Positions 46,483 through 55,598 of a stretch of 64,000 bases of DNA are shown here, piece by piece. The position numbers and the translations under genes were made by a program. The notes under the pieces are model-generated. The model had not been told where the DNA came from, did no database searches, and saw only the letters and a list, made by a program, of their open reading frames with translations. The stretch lies in contig OY969934.1 of the NCBI GenBank assembly GCA_963704725.1, positions 2,432,001-2,496,000 on the forward strand, given 5' to 3'. The stretch is from an uncultured Actinomycetes bacterium (GTDB lineage Bacteria > Actinomycetota > UBA4738 > HRBIN12). The stretch's first letter is position 1; each line of letters begins with the position of its first letter.

Positions 46483-47939
46483 CCGAGATCCTGATCGATC
46501 CCATCACCCGGCTCGAGGGTCACGGGCGGATCCACATCTTCCTCGGCGAGGGCGGCGAGGTGGACCACGCCTACCTGCAGATCCCCGAGCTCCGCGGCTT
46601 CGAGAAGTTCGCACAGGGCCGCCGGGCCGAGGACATGCCCCAGATCACCTCCCGCATCTGCGGCGTCTGCCCGATGGCGCACCACATGGCCGGGACGAAG
46701 ACGCTCGACGACCTCTACCACGTGGACCCGCCGGTCGCCGCGAAGATGGTCCGGGAGCTCGTCTACGACGCGTTCATGGTCGAGGACCACGCCCTGCACT
46801 TCTTCTTCCTCGGCGGGCCCGACTTCGTCGTGGGCCCGACCGCGCCGAAGGCCGAGCGCAACATCCTCGGCGTGATCGGCAAGGTGGGTCTGGAGGTCGG
46901 CAAGGAGGTCATCGGCCTGCGCAAGGAGCTCCGAGACCTCATCAGCGCGGCGTCGGGCAAGGTGATCCACCCCGTCTTCGGGTTGCCGGGCGGCGTCTCC
47001 CAGCCCATCTCCGCCGAGCTGCGTGAGCGGTTCGTGGCCGGTGCCGCGCACGCGGTCGAGTTCGGCAAGTTCTCCCTCCAGGTGTTCCGCGACCTCGTCC
47101 TGTCCAACGCCGAGTACGTGGACATGATCACGTCCGAGGCCTACACGCATCGCACCTACTACATGGGTCTGGTCGACGAGGCCGACCGCGTCAACTTCTA
47201 CGACGGCCGGCTGCGCGTCGTGGACCCCGACGGCAAGGAGTTCCTCACGTTCGGCGCGAGGGAGTACCTGGACCACATCACCGAGCACGTCGAGCCGTGG
47301 AGCTTCATCAAGTTCTCCTACCTGAAGGACGTCGGCTGGAACGGGTTCACGGACGGCGCCGACAGCGGCGTGTTCGCGGTGGCGCCGCTGGCGCGACTGA
47401 ACGCGTCGGAGGCCATGTCGACGCCGGTCGCGCAGGAGGCCCGCGAGGAGCTCTTCTCGACGCTGGGCGGCCGGCCCGTCCACCACACGCTGGCCACCCA
47501 CTGGGCCCGGCTGGTGGAGCTGGTGAACGCGGCCGAGCGGATGGGCGAGCTGGCGGCCGATCCCGAGATCACGAGCCCCGAGGTCCGGACGATTCCGACC
47601 GAGACGCCGACGGAGGGCATAGGCGTCGTCGAGGCGCCGCGCGGAACGCTCCTGCACCACTACCGGACGGACGAGCGGGGGCTCATCACCTCGGCGAACC
47701 TCATCGTGGCGACGCAGAACAACGCGGCCCGGATCGCGCTGTCCGTGGACAAGGCGGCGAAGGCGATGATCCACGGCCCCGAGGTCGACGAGGGTCTGCT
47801 GAACAAGGTCGAGATGGCCTTCCGCGCCTACGACCCGTGCTTCGGCTGCGCCACCCACAGCCTGCCGGGCGAGATGCCGCTCATCGTGCAGATCCGCGAT
47901 CACCAGGGCGACCTCGTCCGGGAGATCCGCCGGGACTAG
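46479..47939 (+). CDS. mvhA: Group 3c [NiFe]-hydrogenase large subunit
   Basis: ITRLEGH, L1 RICGVC, EAPRG, L2 RAYDPCFGCATH plus cleavable C-terminal tail. Confidence 0.95.
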   Translation: MTEILIDPITRLEGHGRIHIFLGEGGEVDHAYLQIPELRGFEKFAQGRRAEDMPQITSRICGVCPMAHHMAGTKTLDDLYHVDPPVAAKMVRELVYDAFMVEDHALHFFFLGGPDFVVGPTAPKAERNILGVIGKVGLEVGKEVIGLRKELRDLISAASGKVIHPVFGLPGGVSQPISAELRERFVAGAAHAVEFGKFSLQVFRDLVLSNAEYVDMITSEAYTHRTYYMGLVDEADRVNFYDGRLRVVDPDGKEFLTFGAREYLDHITEHVEPWSFIKFSYLKDVGWNGFTDGADSGVFAVAPLARLNASEAMSTPVAQEAREELFSTLGGRPVHHTLATHWARLVELVNAAERMGELAADPEITSPEVRTIPTETPTEGIGVVEAPRGTLLHHYRTDERGLITSANLIVATQNNAARIALSVDKAAKAMIHGPEVDEGLLNKVEMAFRAYDPCFGCATHSLPGEMPLIVQIRDHQGDLVREIRRD

Positions 47940-47944
47940 CGATC

Positions 47945-48469
47945 GTGCGCACGCTGGTCCTCGGGCTGGGCAACGAGCTCGCCGGCGACGACGCGGTCGG
48001 TCTCATGGTCGCGAGGGCCCTGCGGGAGCCGCTCGCCGGGGTGGCCGACGTCGTGGAGAGCTCGTCGTCCGGTCTGGCCCTGATCGAGGTCCTCGCGGGC
48101 TACGACCGCGCCGTGGTCGTCGATGCGATCTGCACGGGACGCACGCCGCCAGGCACCATCACGGAGATGACGCTCGCCCAGGTGGGCCGGGTCGTCGCGC
48201 CGAGCCTTCACCAGGCCGGCCTGCCCGAGCTCGCCGCCGTGGCCGAGCGCCTCGGCCTGCGATTCCCGAGCAGGACCCGCGTGTTCGCGGTGGAGGTGCT
48301 GGATCCGTACACGCTCGGGGCCGACATGAGCCCGCCGGTGGCCGGCGCGGTCCCCGAGCTCGTGCGTCGGGTGCGGGATCGGGTCGAGCGATGGACCAGG
48401 GACCGGGACGACCAGGGAGGCACCGGATGCACGACTACTACGCCGTCGAGACGCTCGTCGAACAGCTGA
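47945..48469 (+). CDS. Hydrogenase maturation protease
   Basis: GLGNELAGDDAVG, VVDAI, SLH. Confidence 0.9.
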   Translation: MRTLVLGLGNELAGDDAVGLMVARALREPLAGVADVVESSSSGLALIEVLAGYDRAVVVDAICTGRTPPGTITEMTLAQVGRVVAPSLHQAGLPELAAVAERLGLRFPSRTRVFAVEVLDPYTLGADMSPPVAGAVPELVRRVRDRVERWTRDRDDQGGTGCTTTTPSRRSSNS

Positions 48470-48801
48470 CGAAGGAGCTCGGAGGCCTCGGCGATCCCGG
48501 GGCGGAGCGGGTCCAACAGGTTCGGGTGCGAGCGGACGTGACCCTGTCGCCTGAGTCCCTCGAGCAGGCCTACGAGATGCTGACGCAGGACACGCCGCTC
48601 GAGGGATCCCGGCTCGTCTTCGCCGGGCCGCCCGACGAGCGGTGGTGCGAGACGTGCGGACACCGGTGGGCGGCGACCCACGACGACGTCGCCGGGCACC
48701 TCCTGATCTGCCCCTCGTGCGGCACGCTCATCCCGATCGAGTCGAAGGTCACGATCGAGGTGCTCGAGATCACGAGCGCACCCGCCGCCGGCGCTCGCTG
48801 A
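48427..48801 (+). CDS. hypA: HypA/HybF nickel metallochaperone-like protein
   Basis: N-terminal MHD, CETC and CPSC Zn motifs; GGAGG RBS. Confidence 0.8.
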   Translation: MHDYYAVETLVEQLTKELGGLGDPGAERVQQVRVRADVTLSPESLEQAYEMLTQDTPLEGSRLVFAGPPDERWCETCGHRWAATHDDVAGHLLICPSCGTLIPIESKVTIEVLEITSAPAAGAR

Positions 48802-48983
48802 CCTCCCCTGGGGTCAGCGGACCGCCCCGAGCACGGCTGAGGTTGGAGCTCTGCAGGTAGGCCATGGCCACGCCGTGGGCCCTCATCGCGCGCTCGGGGT
48901 GCTCCCAGACCTTGTCGTCGTAGATGGGCACCTCGTACCGAGGGCCCGCCGATAGGATTTGGCCGCCACGACCTGGAGGGACG

Positions 48984-50639
48984 ATGACCGACGCATCCGA
49001 GGCCGCCCGAACGCTCATCGATCGCTACTGGGAACGGCTCCTCGAGCACGAGCCGATCCTGGGCACCCTGATCGGCGACGAGCGCTACGACGATCGGCTC
49101 CCCGATCCGAGCGAGGCCGGCCGGGCCGCCGGCTTGGCGCTGCACCGGTCGGCGCTCGAGGAGCTCGCCCTGCTCGAGCGCGACCTCGACGACGAGGACC
49201 TGCGCACCTCGCTCGACGTCCTGGAGGCGATCGCCTCCCGCGAGATCGCGGCGCTCGAGCATCGCCTCGACCGGCTCTCGGCCGTGAGCCACCTGTGGGG
49301 GCCGGGCGGGCTGGTCGGCGAGCTCGCCTCGATGCAGCGGGCGGACACGCCGGAGCGGCTCGACCGGTACGTGGCCCGGCTCTCGGCCACCCCGGCCTAC
49401 TACGACGCGATCCTGGACGTGATGCGGGACGGGATCGCCGCCCGGGTCACCGGCCCGAAGGTGGTGGTGGAGCGCGCGATCGCCCAGGTCAACCGGCTGC
49501 TCGAGACGCCGGTCGAGGACTCCCCCGCCCTCCTTCCCGTGGCCGCGGAGGATGCCGCCGGCCGGGAGCGCGTGACCGGCGCGCTGCGCGACCGCCTGCA
49601 CCCGGCGCTCGCCCGGTACCTGGACGCGCTCGAGGAGTACCTGCCGCACGCGACCGACACGATCGGCCTGTACGCGCTGCCGGACGGCGAGGAGATCTAC
49701 GACGCACAGATCCTGTCGTGGACCACCCTCCCCCTGCGGGCCAGGAAGGTGCACGAGCTGGGCGTCGAGGACCTGGCCGGGATCCAGGACGAGCGGCGGC
49801 TGTGCGCGGAGCGGATCGGGGCGCCCACCGCGGCGGCCGCGGTCGAGCTCCTGGACGAGCGAGGCAACCGCGCCGAGTCACGGGAGCAGCTCCTGGCGCT
49901 GGCCGAGCGACAGGTGGCCAAGGGGTGGGACGCGGCGCCCGCGTGGTTCGGGCGGATGCCCTCGGAGAGCTGCCACGTCAAGGCGGTCGAGGAGTTCCGC
50001 GAGGCCGACATGCCGTTCGCCTTCTACCAGCCTCCGTCGGCGGACGGGTCGCGCAAGGGCGTGTACTACGTGAACGCGGGCGACCTGGGCGACAAGCCCC
50101 TGCACCACCTGGCCACCACCACGTACCACGAGGCCAACCCCGGTCATCACTTCCAGATCGCGCTCGAGCAGGAGGCCGGCGAGCGCCCGACGCTCCGGCG
50201 GTTCGGCGGGCTCATGGCCGGCTCGGCGTTCGCCGAGGGGTGGGGCCTGTACAGCGAGCGGTTGGCGGACGAGATGGGCCTGTTCGCCGACGAGCCGGAG
50301 CGGATGGGGATGCTGGACATGCAGGGCATGCGGGCGGCGCGCCTCGTCGTCGACACCGGGATCCACGCGTTCGGCTGGACGCGCGAGCAGGCGATCGCCG
50401 AGCTCGAGGGAGCCGGGGTCCCCTCCCTCGACGCGGCGATCGAGACCGACCGCTACATCACGATGCCCGGCCAGGCGCTCTCGTACAAGATCGGGCAGTT
50501 CGAGATCGAGCAGCAGCGGGCGGACTCCGCCGAGCACGAGGGGGCGGCGTTCTCCATCGCCGCCTTCCACGACCGCCTGTTGGCGCTCGGATCGCTCCCG
50601 CTCTCGGCGCTCCGCCGCGAGCTGGCCCGTTCGGCCTAA
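48984..50639 (+). CDS. DUF885 family protein (HEXXH-like metallopeptidase fold)
   Basis: HEANPGHH, EGWGLY, RAARLVVDTGIH, PGQALSYKIG. Confidence 0.9.
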   Translation: MTDASEAARTLIDRYWERLLEHEPILGTLIGDERYDDRLPDPSEAGRAAGLALHRSALEELALLERDLDDEDLRTSLDVLEAIASREIAALEHRLDRLSAVSHLWGPGGLVGELASMQRADTPERLDRYVARLSATPAYYDAILDVMRDGIAARVTGPKVVVERAIAQVNRLLETPVEDSPALLPVAAEDAAGRERVTGALRDRLHPALARYLDALEEYLPHATDTIGLYALPDGEEIYDAQILSWTTLPLRARKVHELGVEDLAGIQDERRLCAERIGAPTAAAAVELLDERGNRAESREQLLALAERQVAKGWDAAPAWFGRMPSESCHVKAVEEFREADMPFAFYQPPSADGSRKGVYYVNAGDLGDKPLHHLATTTYHEANPGHHFQIALEQEAGERPTLRRFGGLMAGSAFAEGWGLYSERLADEMGLFADEPERMGMLDMQGMRAARLVVDTGIHAFGWTREQAIAELEGAGVPSLDAAIETDRYITMPGQALSYKIGQFEIEQQRADSAEHEGAAFSIAAFHDRLLALGSLPLSALRRELARSA

Positions 50640-50670
50640 CGATCCCGGGCCCTCACGCCGCCCCGTCACG

Positions 50671-50708
50671 GGGCCGGTGGACCCGCGGTCCACAGGTCAC
50701 CTCGCCCT
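50671..50708. promoter_or_regulatory. Paired DosR-like boxes upstream of pntA
   Basis: GGGCC-GGTG-GACCC (50671-84) and degenerate GGTCA-CCTC-GCCCT 24 bp downstream. Confidence 0.3.
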
Positions 50709-50742
50709 AAGGAGGCACGCCTCCCGGTGCGAGCGTGTGGTC

Positions 50743-51918
50743 ATGGACACCGAACGGCTCGTCGTGGGCGTCCCTCGGGAGACCTTCCCGGGAGAGGCCC
50801 GGGTGGCGCTCGTCCCCGCGGTGCTGCCGCAACTCTCCAAGGCGGGGCTGGACGTGCTCGTCGAGGCCCATGCCGGTGAGATGGCGGGGTACCCCGACGA
50901 CGCCTACGTGGCACACGGCGCGCGGATCGGATCGCGCGATGACGTGTTCGCGGCGGACATCGTCGTGCAGGTGCGCACCTGCGGCATGAACCCGGAGAAG
51001 GGCCGGGACGACGTCGATCGATTCCGCCCAGACCAGGTCATCGCCGGGATGGCCGATCCCCTCGTCTGCCCCGCCGGCGTCCAGCAGGCGGCCGATCGCA
51101 AGGTGATCGGCTTCGCGCTCGACTTCATGCCGCGCATCACGCGCGCGCAGAGCATGGACGTGCTCTCGTCCCAGGCCACCGCCATCGGCTACAAGGCCGT
51201 GCTCCTGGCGGCCGAACGGATGCCGAAGATGTTCCCGATGCTGACCACGGCTGCGGGCACGATCCCGCCGGCGCAGATCTTCGTCATCGGGGCCGGGGTC
51301 GCGGGGCTCCAGGCCATCGCGACGGCTCGCCGACTCGGAGGAGTGGTCCAGGGCTACGACGTGCGACCAGCCGCGCAGGAGGACATCGAGAGCCTGGGCG
51401 CGCGATGCGTGCTGCTTCCGCTGGCCCCCGGCGATGCCGAAGACCAGAGCGGCTATGCCAAGGAGCTCGGCGAGGCCTTCTACAAGCGGCAGCAGGAGCT
51501 CATGGCCCAGGTGGTCGCGGGCGCGGACGCCGTCATCACGACGGCGCTGATCCCCGGCAAGAAGGCACCCATGCTGATCACGGCGGAGGCCGTCGCCGGG
51601 ATGCAGCCGGGATCGGTCATCATCGACTGCGCCGCGGAGCGGGGCGGCAACTGCGAGCTCACGCGTGCCAACAAGCGGGTCGTCACCGAGAACCGCGTGA
51701 TGATCCTCGGTCCCACGAACCTGGCCTCGACCGTGCCCTTCGAGACGAGCCACATGTACGCGAAGAACGTCACGGCGTTCCTCCTCCTCCTGGTCAAGGA
51801 CGGGAAGCTCGAGATCGACTACGAGGACGAGATCGTCAAGGGCACGCTCGTCACGCGCGAGGGCGAGATCGTGAACAAGAGGGTGCGAGAGGCGCTCGCG
51901 GAGGTGCAGGATGTCTGA
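50743..51918 (+). CDS. pntA: NAD(P) transhydrogenase subunit alpha, part 1 (dI)
   Basis: PRITRAQSMDVLSSQ, GAGVAGLQA, TALIPG, GGNCE. Confidence 0.95.
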   Translation: MDTERLVVGVPRETFPGEARVALVPAVLPQLSKAGLDVLVEAHAGEMAGYPDDAYVAHGARIGSRDDVFAADIVVQVRTCGMNPEKGRDDVDRFRPDQVIAGMADPLVCPAGVQQAADRKVIGFALDFMPRITRAQSMDVLSSQATAIGYKAVLLAAERMPKMFPMLTTAAGTIPPAQIFVIGAGVAGLQAIATARRLGGVVQGYDVRPAAQEDIESLGARCVLLPLAPGDAEDQSGYAKELGEAFYKRQQELMAQVVAGADAVITTALIPGKKAPMLITAEAVAGMQPGSVIIDCAAERGGNCELTRANKRVVTENRVMILGPTNLASTVPFETSHMYAKNVTAFLLLLVKDGKLEIDYEDEIVKGTLVTREGEIVNKRVREALAEVQDV

Positions 51919-52246
51919 CACCCTCGAGGTCAGCCTGTTCATCTTCGTCTTGTCGTCGTTCCTCGGCTACGCGGTCATCACGCGCGTGTCCAACCTGCTC
52001 CACACGCCGCTGATGTCGCTCACGAACGCGCTGTCGGCCATCTCGATCGTCGGCTCCCTGATCCTGGCCGGGGCCGGCGAGAAGGGATTCGCCACGGTGC
52101 TGGGCGCCATCGCGGTGTTCGCGTCGACCACGAACATCGTCTCCGGGTTCCTCATCACCGACCGGATGCTGAAGATGTTCCGCCGTCGTGAGGATCCCAA
52201 GAAGACGGCACCGGAAGCGGCACCGAAGGAGGTGCCGGCAGCATGA
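51911..52246 (+). CDS. pntA: NAD(P) transhydrogenase subunit alpha, part 2 (membrane)
   Basis: LHTPLMSLTNALS, GFLITDRMLKMF. Confidence 0.93.
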   Translation: MSDTLEVSLFIFVLSSFLGYAVITRVSNLLHTPLMSLTNALSAISIVGSLILAGAGEKGFATVLGAIAVFASTTNIVSGFLITDRMLKMFRRREDPKKTAPEAAPKEVPAA

Positions 52247-53655
52247 GCGACTTCATGAACGACACCTTCATGCCGCTCGCGTACCTGTTCGCCGCGGCCT
52301 GCTTCATCCTGTCGCTGAAGTGGCTCTCGCACCCGACGACCGCACGCAGGGGCGTGCGGACGGGCGAGGTCGGGATGCTCGTGGCCGTCGCCGCGACCCT
52401 GTTCCACTTCCAGATCGTCGAGTTCCAGTGGATCGTCATCGCCATCGTGGCCGGCGTCGCGCTGGGGGTGCCGCTCGGCCTGCTGGTCCCGATGACGGCC
52501 GTCCCCCAGCGGACGGCGCTGTCGCATGCGTTCGGCGCCGCGGCGGCGGGCCTGGTGGGGACCGCGGAGTTCTACCTCCACGGCCAGACGGCGGACAAGT
52601 CGACGCTCGTCGCCATCGGCCTCGAGGTCATCCTGGGGTTCCTGACCTTCACGGGCTCGCTGATCGCGGCCGGGAAGCTCCAGGGCATCGTCCGGGACCG
52701 CCCGTGGGTCTACAAGGGCCAGAACATCGTGAACCTGGCGATCCTGGGATCCGCCCTGGTGATGGTGGGGTTCCTGGTCGCCAAGCCGAGCCTCACGGTG
52801 CTGTTCCCCATCGTGATCGTGGTCTCGCTGGTGTTCGGCTTCATGCTCGTGATCCGCATCGGCGGCGCGGACATGCCGACCGTGATCTCGCTGCTGAACA
52901 GCTACGCAGGCCTGTCGGCCGCGATGATGGGGTTCGTCCTCGACAGCAAGCTGCTGATCATCGCCGGCGCCCTCGACGGCTCCAGCGGTCTGATCCTGTC
53001 GATCATCATGTGCAAGGCGATGAACCGGTCGTTCGCGAACGTCCTGTTCGGGGGGTTCGGCGCCGAGGACACCACGGGCGGTGGGGCGATCGAGCAGCGG
53101 CCGGTTCGCAGCGTCGACCCCGAGGAGACCGCCTACCTCCTCGACACGGCGCGCTCCGTCGTCATCGTCCCGGGGTACGGGATGGCTGCGGCGCAAGCCC
53201 AGCACAAGGTCCGCGAGCTCTCCGACGCGCTGCTGAAGCGCGGCGTCGACGTCAAGTTCGCCATCCACCCGGTGGCCGGGCGCATGCCGGGGCACATGAA
53301 CGTGCTCCTGGCGGAGGCCAACGTGCCGTACGACCAGCTGTACGACCTCGACACGATCAACAGCGACTTCCCGCAGACGGACATCGTGCTCGTGGTCGGG
53401 GCGAACGACGTGGTCAACCCGTCGGCGCGCACCGACACGGCGAGCCCGATCTACGGGATGCCGATCCTCGACGTCGACAACGCGGCGTCGATCATCGTGG
53501 TCAAGCGATCCATGCGCTCCGGCTTCGCCGGGGTGGACAACGAGCTCTTCTACCTGCAGAAGACCCAGATGCTCTTCGGCGACGCCAAGACCGTCATCGG
53601 CGGCGTCGTCGACGAGCTGTCACGACTGCCCGCCAGGGAGGTGTCCTCGGTATGA
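52243..53655 (+). CDS. pntB: NAD(P) transhydrogenase subunit beta
   Basis: IGGADMP, LNSYAG, PGYGMA, HPVAGRMPGHMNV, GANDVVNP. Confidence 0.96.
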   Translation: MSDFMNDTFMPLAYLFAAACFILSLKWLSHPTTARRGVRTGEVGMLVAVAATLFHFQIVEFQWIVIAIVAGVALGVPLGLLVPMTAVPQRTALSHAFGAAAAGLVGTAEFYLHGQTADKSTLVAIGLEVILGFLTFTGSLIAAGKLQGIVRDRPWVYKGQNIVNLAILGSALVMVGFLVAKPSLTVLFPIVIVVSLVFGFMLVIRIGGADMPTVISLLNSYAGLSAAMMGFVLDSKLLIIAGALDGSSGLILSIIMCKAMNRSFANVLFGGFGAEDTTGGGAIEQRPVRSVDPEETAYLLDTARSVVIVPGYGMAAAQAQHKVRELSDALLKRGVDVKFAIHPVAGRMPGHMNVLLAEANVPYDQLYDLDTINSDFPQTDIVLVVGANDVVNPSARTDTASPIYGMPILDVDNAASIIVVKRSMRSGFAGVDNELFYLQKTQMLFGDAKTVIGGVVDELSRLPAREVSSV

Positions 53656-55397
53656 GCATGACCCTCGAGCCCGAGCGACTCGCAGAGCACGCATGGTGTG
53701 AGCGGCTCAGGGCCGGCGCCGGGCCGGTCCCGGTCCCCTGTCGCGGCCTCGCGCTCCTCGAGCAACCCCTGCTCAACAAGGACACGGCCTTCACGGAGGA
53801 GGAGCGAGACGTCCTCGGGCTCCGCGGCCTCCTCCCGACCCGCATCCGGACGATCGAGGAGCAGGTCAAGCTCGAGATCGAGAAGAACCGGCGCAAGGGC
53901 GACGACCTCGAGCGGTTCATCGGGATCGCGGCGCTGCAGGACCGCAACGAGACGCTCTTCTACCGGCTGCTGCTCGAGTACCTCGAGGAGCTGATGCCGA
54001 TCGTCTACACGCCGGTCGTCGGCAGGGCCTGTCAGGAGTACAGCCACATCATGCGCCGGGCCCGTGGCCTGTGGCTCACGCCCGACGACATCGACCGCAT
54101 CCCCGAGCTGCTGGCCAACGCCCGGCACGAGGACGTCCGGCTCATCGTGGTGACCGACAACGAACGGATCCTGGGGCTCGGCGACCAGGGCGCGGGCGGG
54201 ATGGGGATCCCGGTCGGCAAGCTCTCCCTGTACACGGCGGGAGCGGGGATCTACCCGGCGCTGACGCTGCCGGTGTCGCTCGACGTGGGGACGGACAACC
54301 AGGCCCTGCTCGACGACCCCGACTACTTCGGCTATCGCCACCCCCGGCTGCGGGGACCCGACTACGACGCGTTCATCGAGGCCTTCGTGGAAGGCGTGCT
54401 CTCGGTGTTCCCCCACGCGGTCCTGCAGTGGGAGGACTTCAAGCAGCACAACGCGATCCGCCTGCTCGACCGCTACCGCCACCGCATCACGAGCTTCAAC
54501 GACGACATCCAGGGCACGGCGGCCGTGGTCATGGGCGGCGTCTACGGTGCGCTGCGGGTCCTCGACGAGCCCCTGAGCGACCAGCGACTCGTGTTCCTCG
54601 GCGCCGGAGCGGCGGGCATCGGCATCGCCCGTCTCGTTCGAGCGCAGATGGTCCGCGAGGGCGTTTCCGAGGAGCGGATCCGCCGGGCGATCGTGCAGCT
54701 CGACTCGCGAGGGCTGACCTACCTGGGACGCGAGCCGCTCGACGCGGACAAGGAGGAGCTCGCCCTCGGGGCGGAGGAGATGGCCGCGTACGGCTTCGAG
54801 CCGGGACAGATGTACGGGCTCGAGGAGGTCGTCAAGCGCGTGCACCCCACCTTCCTCATCGGAACGAGCGGCACGCCCGGGACGTTCACGGAGGTCGCCA
54901 TCCGAGAGATGGCGGCCCACGCGCGGATCCCGGTCGTCCTCCCGTTGTCCAACCCGACCTCGAAGACCGAGGCCCAGCCGGAGGACATCATGGAGTGGAC
55001 GCGCGGCCGCGCCATCGTCGCGACCGGCAGCCCCTTCCCTCCGGTCGTCCGCGGGGAACGGACCCACGTGATCGGGCAGGCCAACAACGCGTTCGTGTTC
55101 CCCGGCATCGGGCTCGGGGCGGTGGTCGCGGAGGCCCGCGAGGTGACCGACGAGATGTTCCTCGTCGCCGCCGAGGCCATGGCCGCCGTCGTCTCGGAGG
55201 AACGCCTGGCCGAGGGCGTGGTCTACCCCTCCCCGTCCGAGCTCCGCGTGGCCTCAAGGGCCGTCGCCGTCGCCGTGGTCAGAGCGGCCCGGGACGGCGG
55301 GGTCGGCCGCCATCTCTCCGACGAGGAGATCGAGGCGGCGGTCGACGAGATGATGTGGTTCCCGCAGTACCTGCCGTACGAACCGGCCCTTGCCTGA
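53652..55397 (+). CDS. maeA: NAD(P)-dependent malic enzyme (large, SfcA/MaeA type)
   Basis: NKDTAF, VYTPVVG, TDNERILGLGD, QWEDF, FNDDIQGT, GAGAAG, LSNPT, NNAFVFPG; ATGA overlap with pntB. Confidence 0.93.
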   Translation: MSMTLEPERLAEHAWCERLRAGAGPVPVPCRGLALLEQPLLNKDTAFTEEERDVLGLRGLLPTRIRTIEEQVKLEIEKNRRKGDDLERFIGIAALQDRNETLFYRLLLEYLEELMPIVYTPVVGRACQEYSHIMRRARGLWLTPDDIDRIPELLANARHEDVRLIVVTDNERILGLGDQGAGGMGIPVGKLSLYTAGAGIYPALTLPVSLDVGTDNQALLDDPDYFGYRHPRLRGPDYDAFIEAFVEGVLSVFPHAVLQWEDFKQHNAIRLLDRYRHRITSFNDDIQGTAAVVMGGVYGALRVLDEPLSDQRLVFLGAGAAGIGIARLVRAQMVREGVSEERIRRAIVQLDSRGLTYLGREPLDADKEELALGAEEMAAYGFEPGQMYGLEEVVKRVHPTFLIGTSGTPGTFTEVAIREMAAHARIPVVLPLSNPTSKTEAQPEDIMEWTRGRAIVATGSPFPPVVRGERTHVIGQANNAFVFPGIGLGAVVAEAREVTDEMFLVAAEAMAAVVSEERLAEGVVYPSPSELRVASRAVAVAVVRAARDGGVGRHLSDEEIEAAVDEMMWFPQYLPYEPALA

Positions 55398-55398
55398 A

Positions 55399-55435
55399 GG
55401 GTGACCGGTCCCGGAGGTTCCGGGCCCTCCCGCCC
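55399..55435. promoter_or_regulatory. Paired DosR-like boxes upstream of the second maturation protease
   Basis: GGGTG-ACCG-GTCCC (55399-412) and GGGCC-CTCC-CGCCC 23 bp downstream. Confidence 0.3.
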
Positions 55436-55598
55436 TGTGCCGCAGCCACTCGCGTCGGTCACGCTCACTCTGGTGACGCGTGACCGGACAACCGGAGCGC
55501 GTCCGCGGAGGGACGATGTCGGCGACGATGTCCGTTGCCACTCCGCCGGCCGCCGAGCGCCATGATCCCGGCCGGCCGGATGCGGCGTCCGCTCCTCC

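Noticed and set aside
41440-47939. Selenocysteine-containing Hdr/Mvh ([NiFeSe]) given the nearby selD
   Set aside because: No in-frame TGA; HdrA DCAAC, MvhD CNWC/CHPGDCH and MvhA DPCFGC are all Cys-encoded.
52188-55397. 1069-aa ORF suggesting a Pnt-malic enzyme fusion
   Set aside because: The N-terminal half is an alternative frame of pntB; the malic enzyme starts at 53652.
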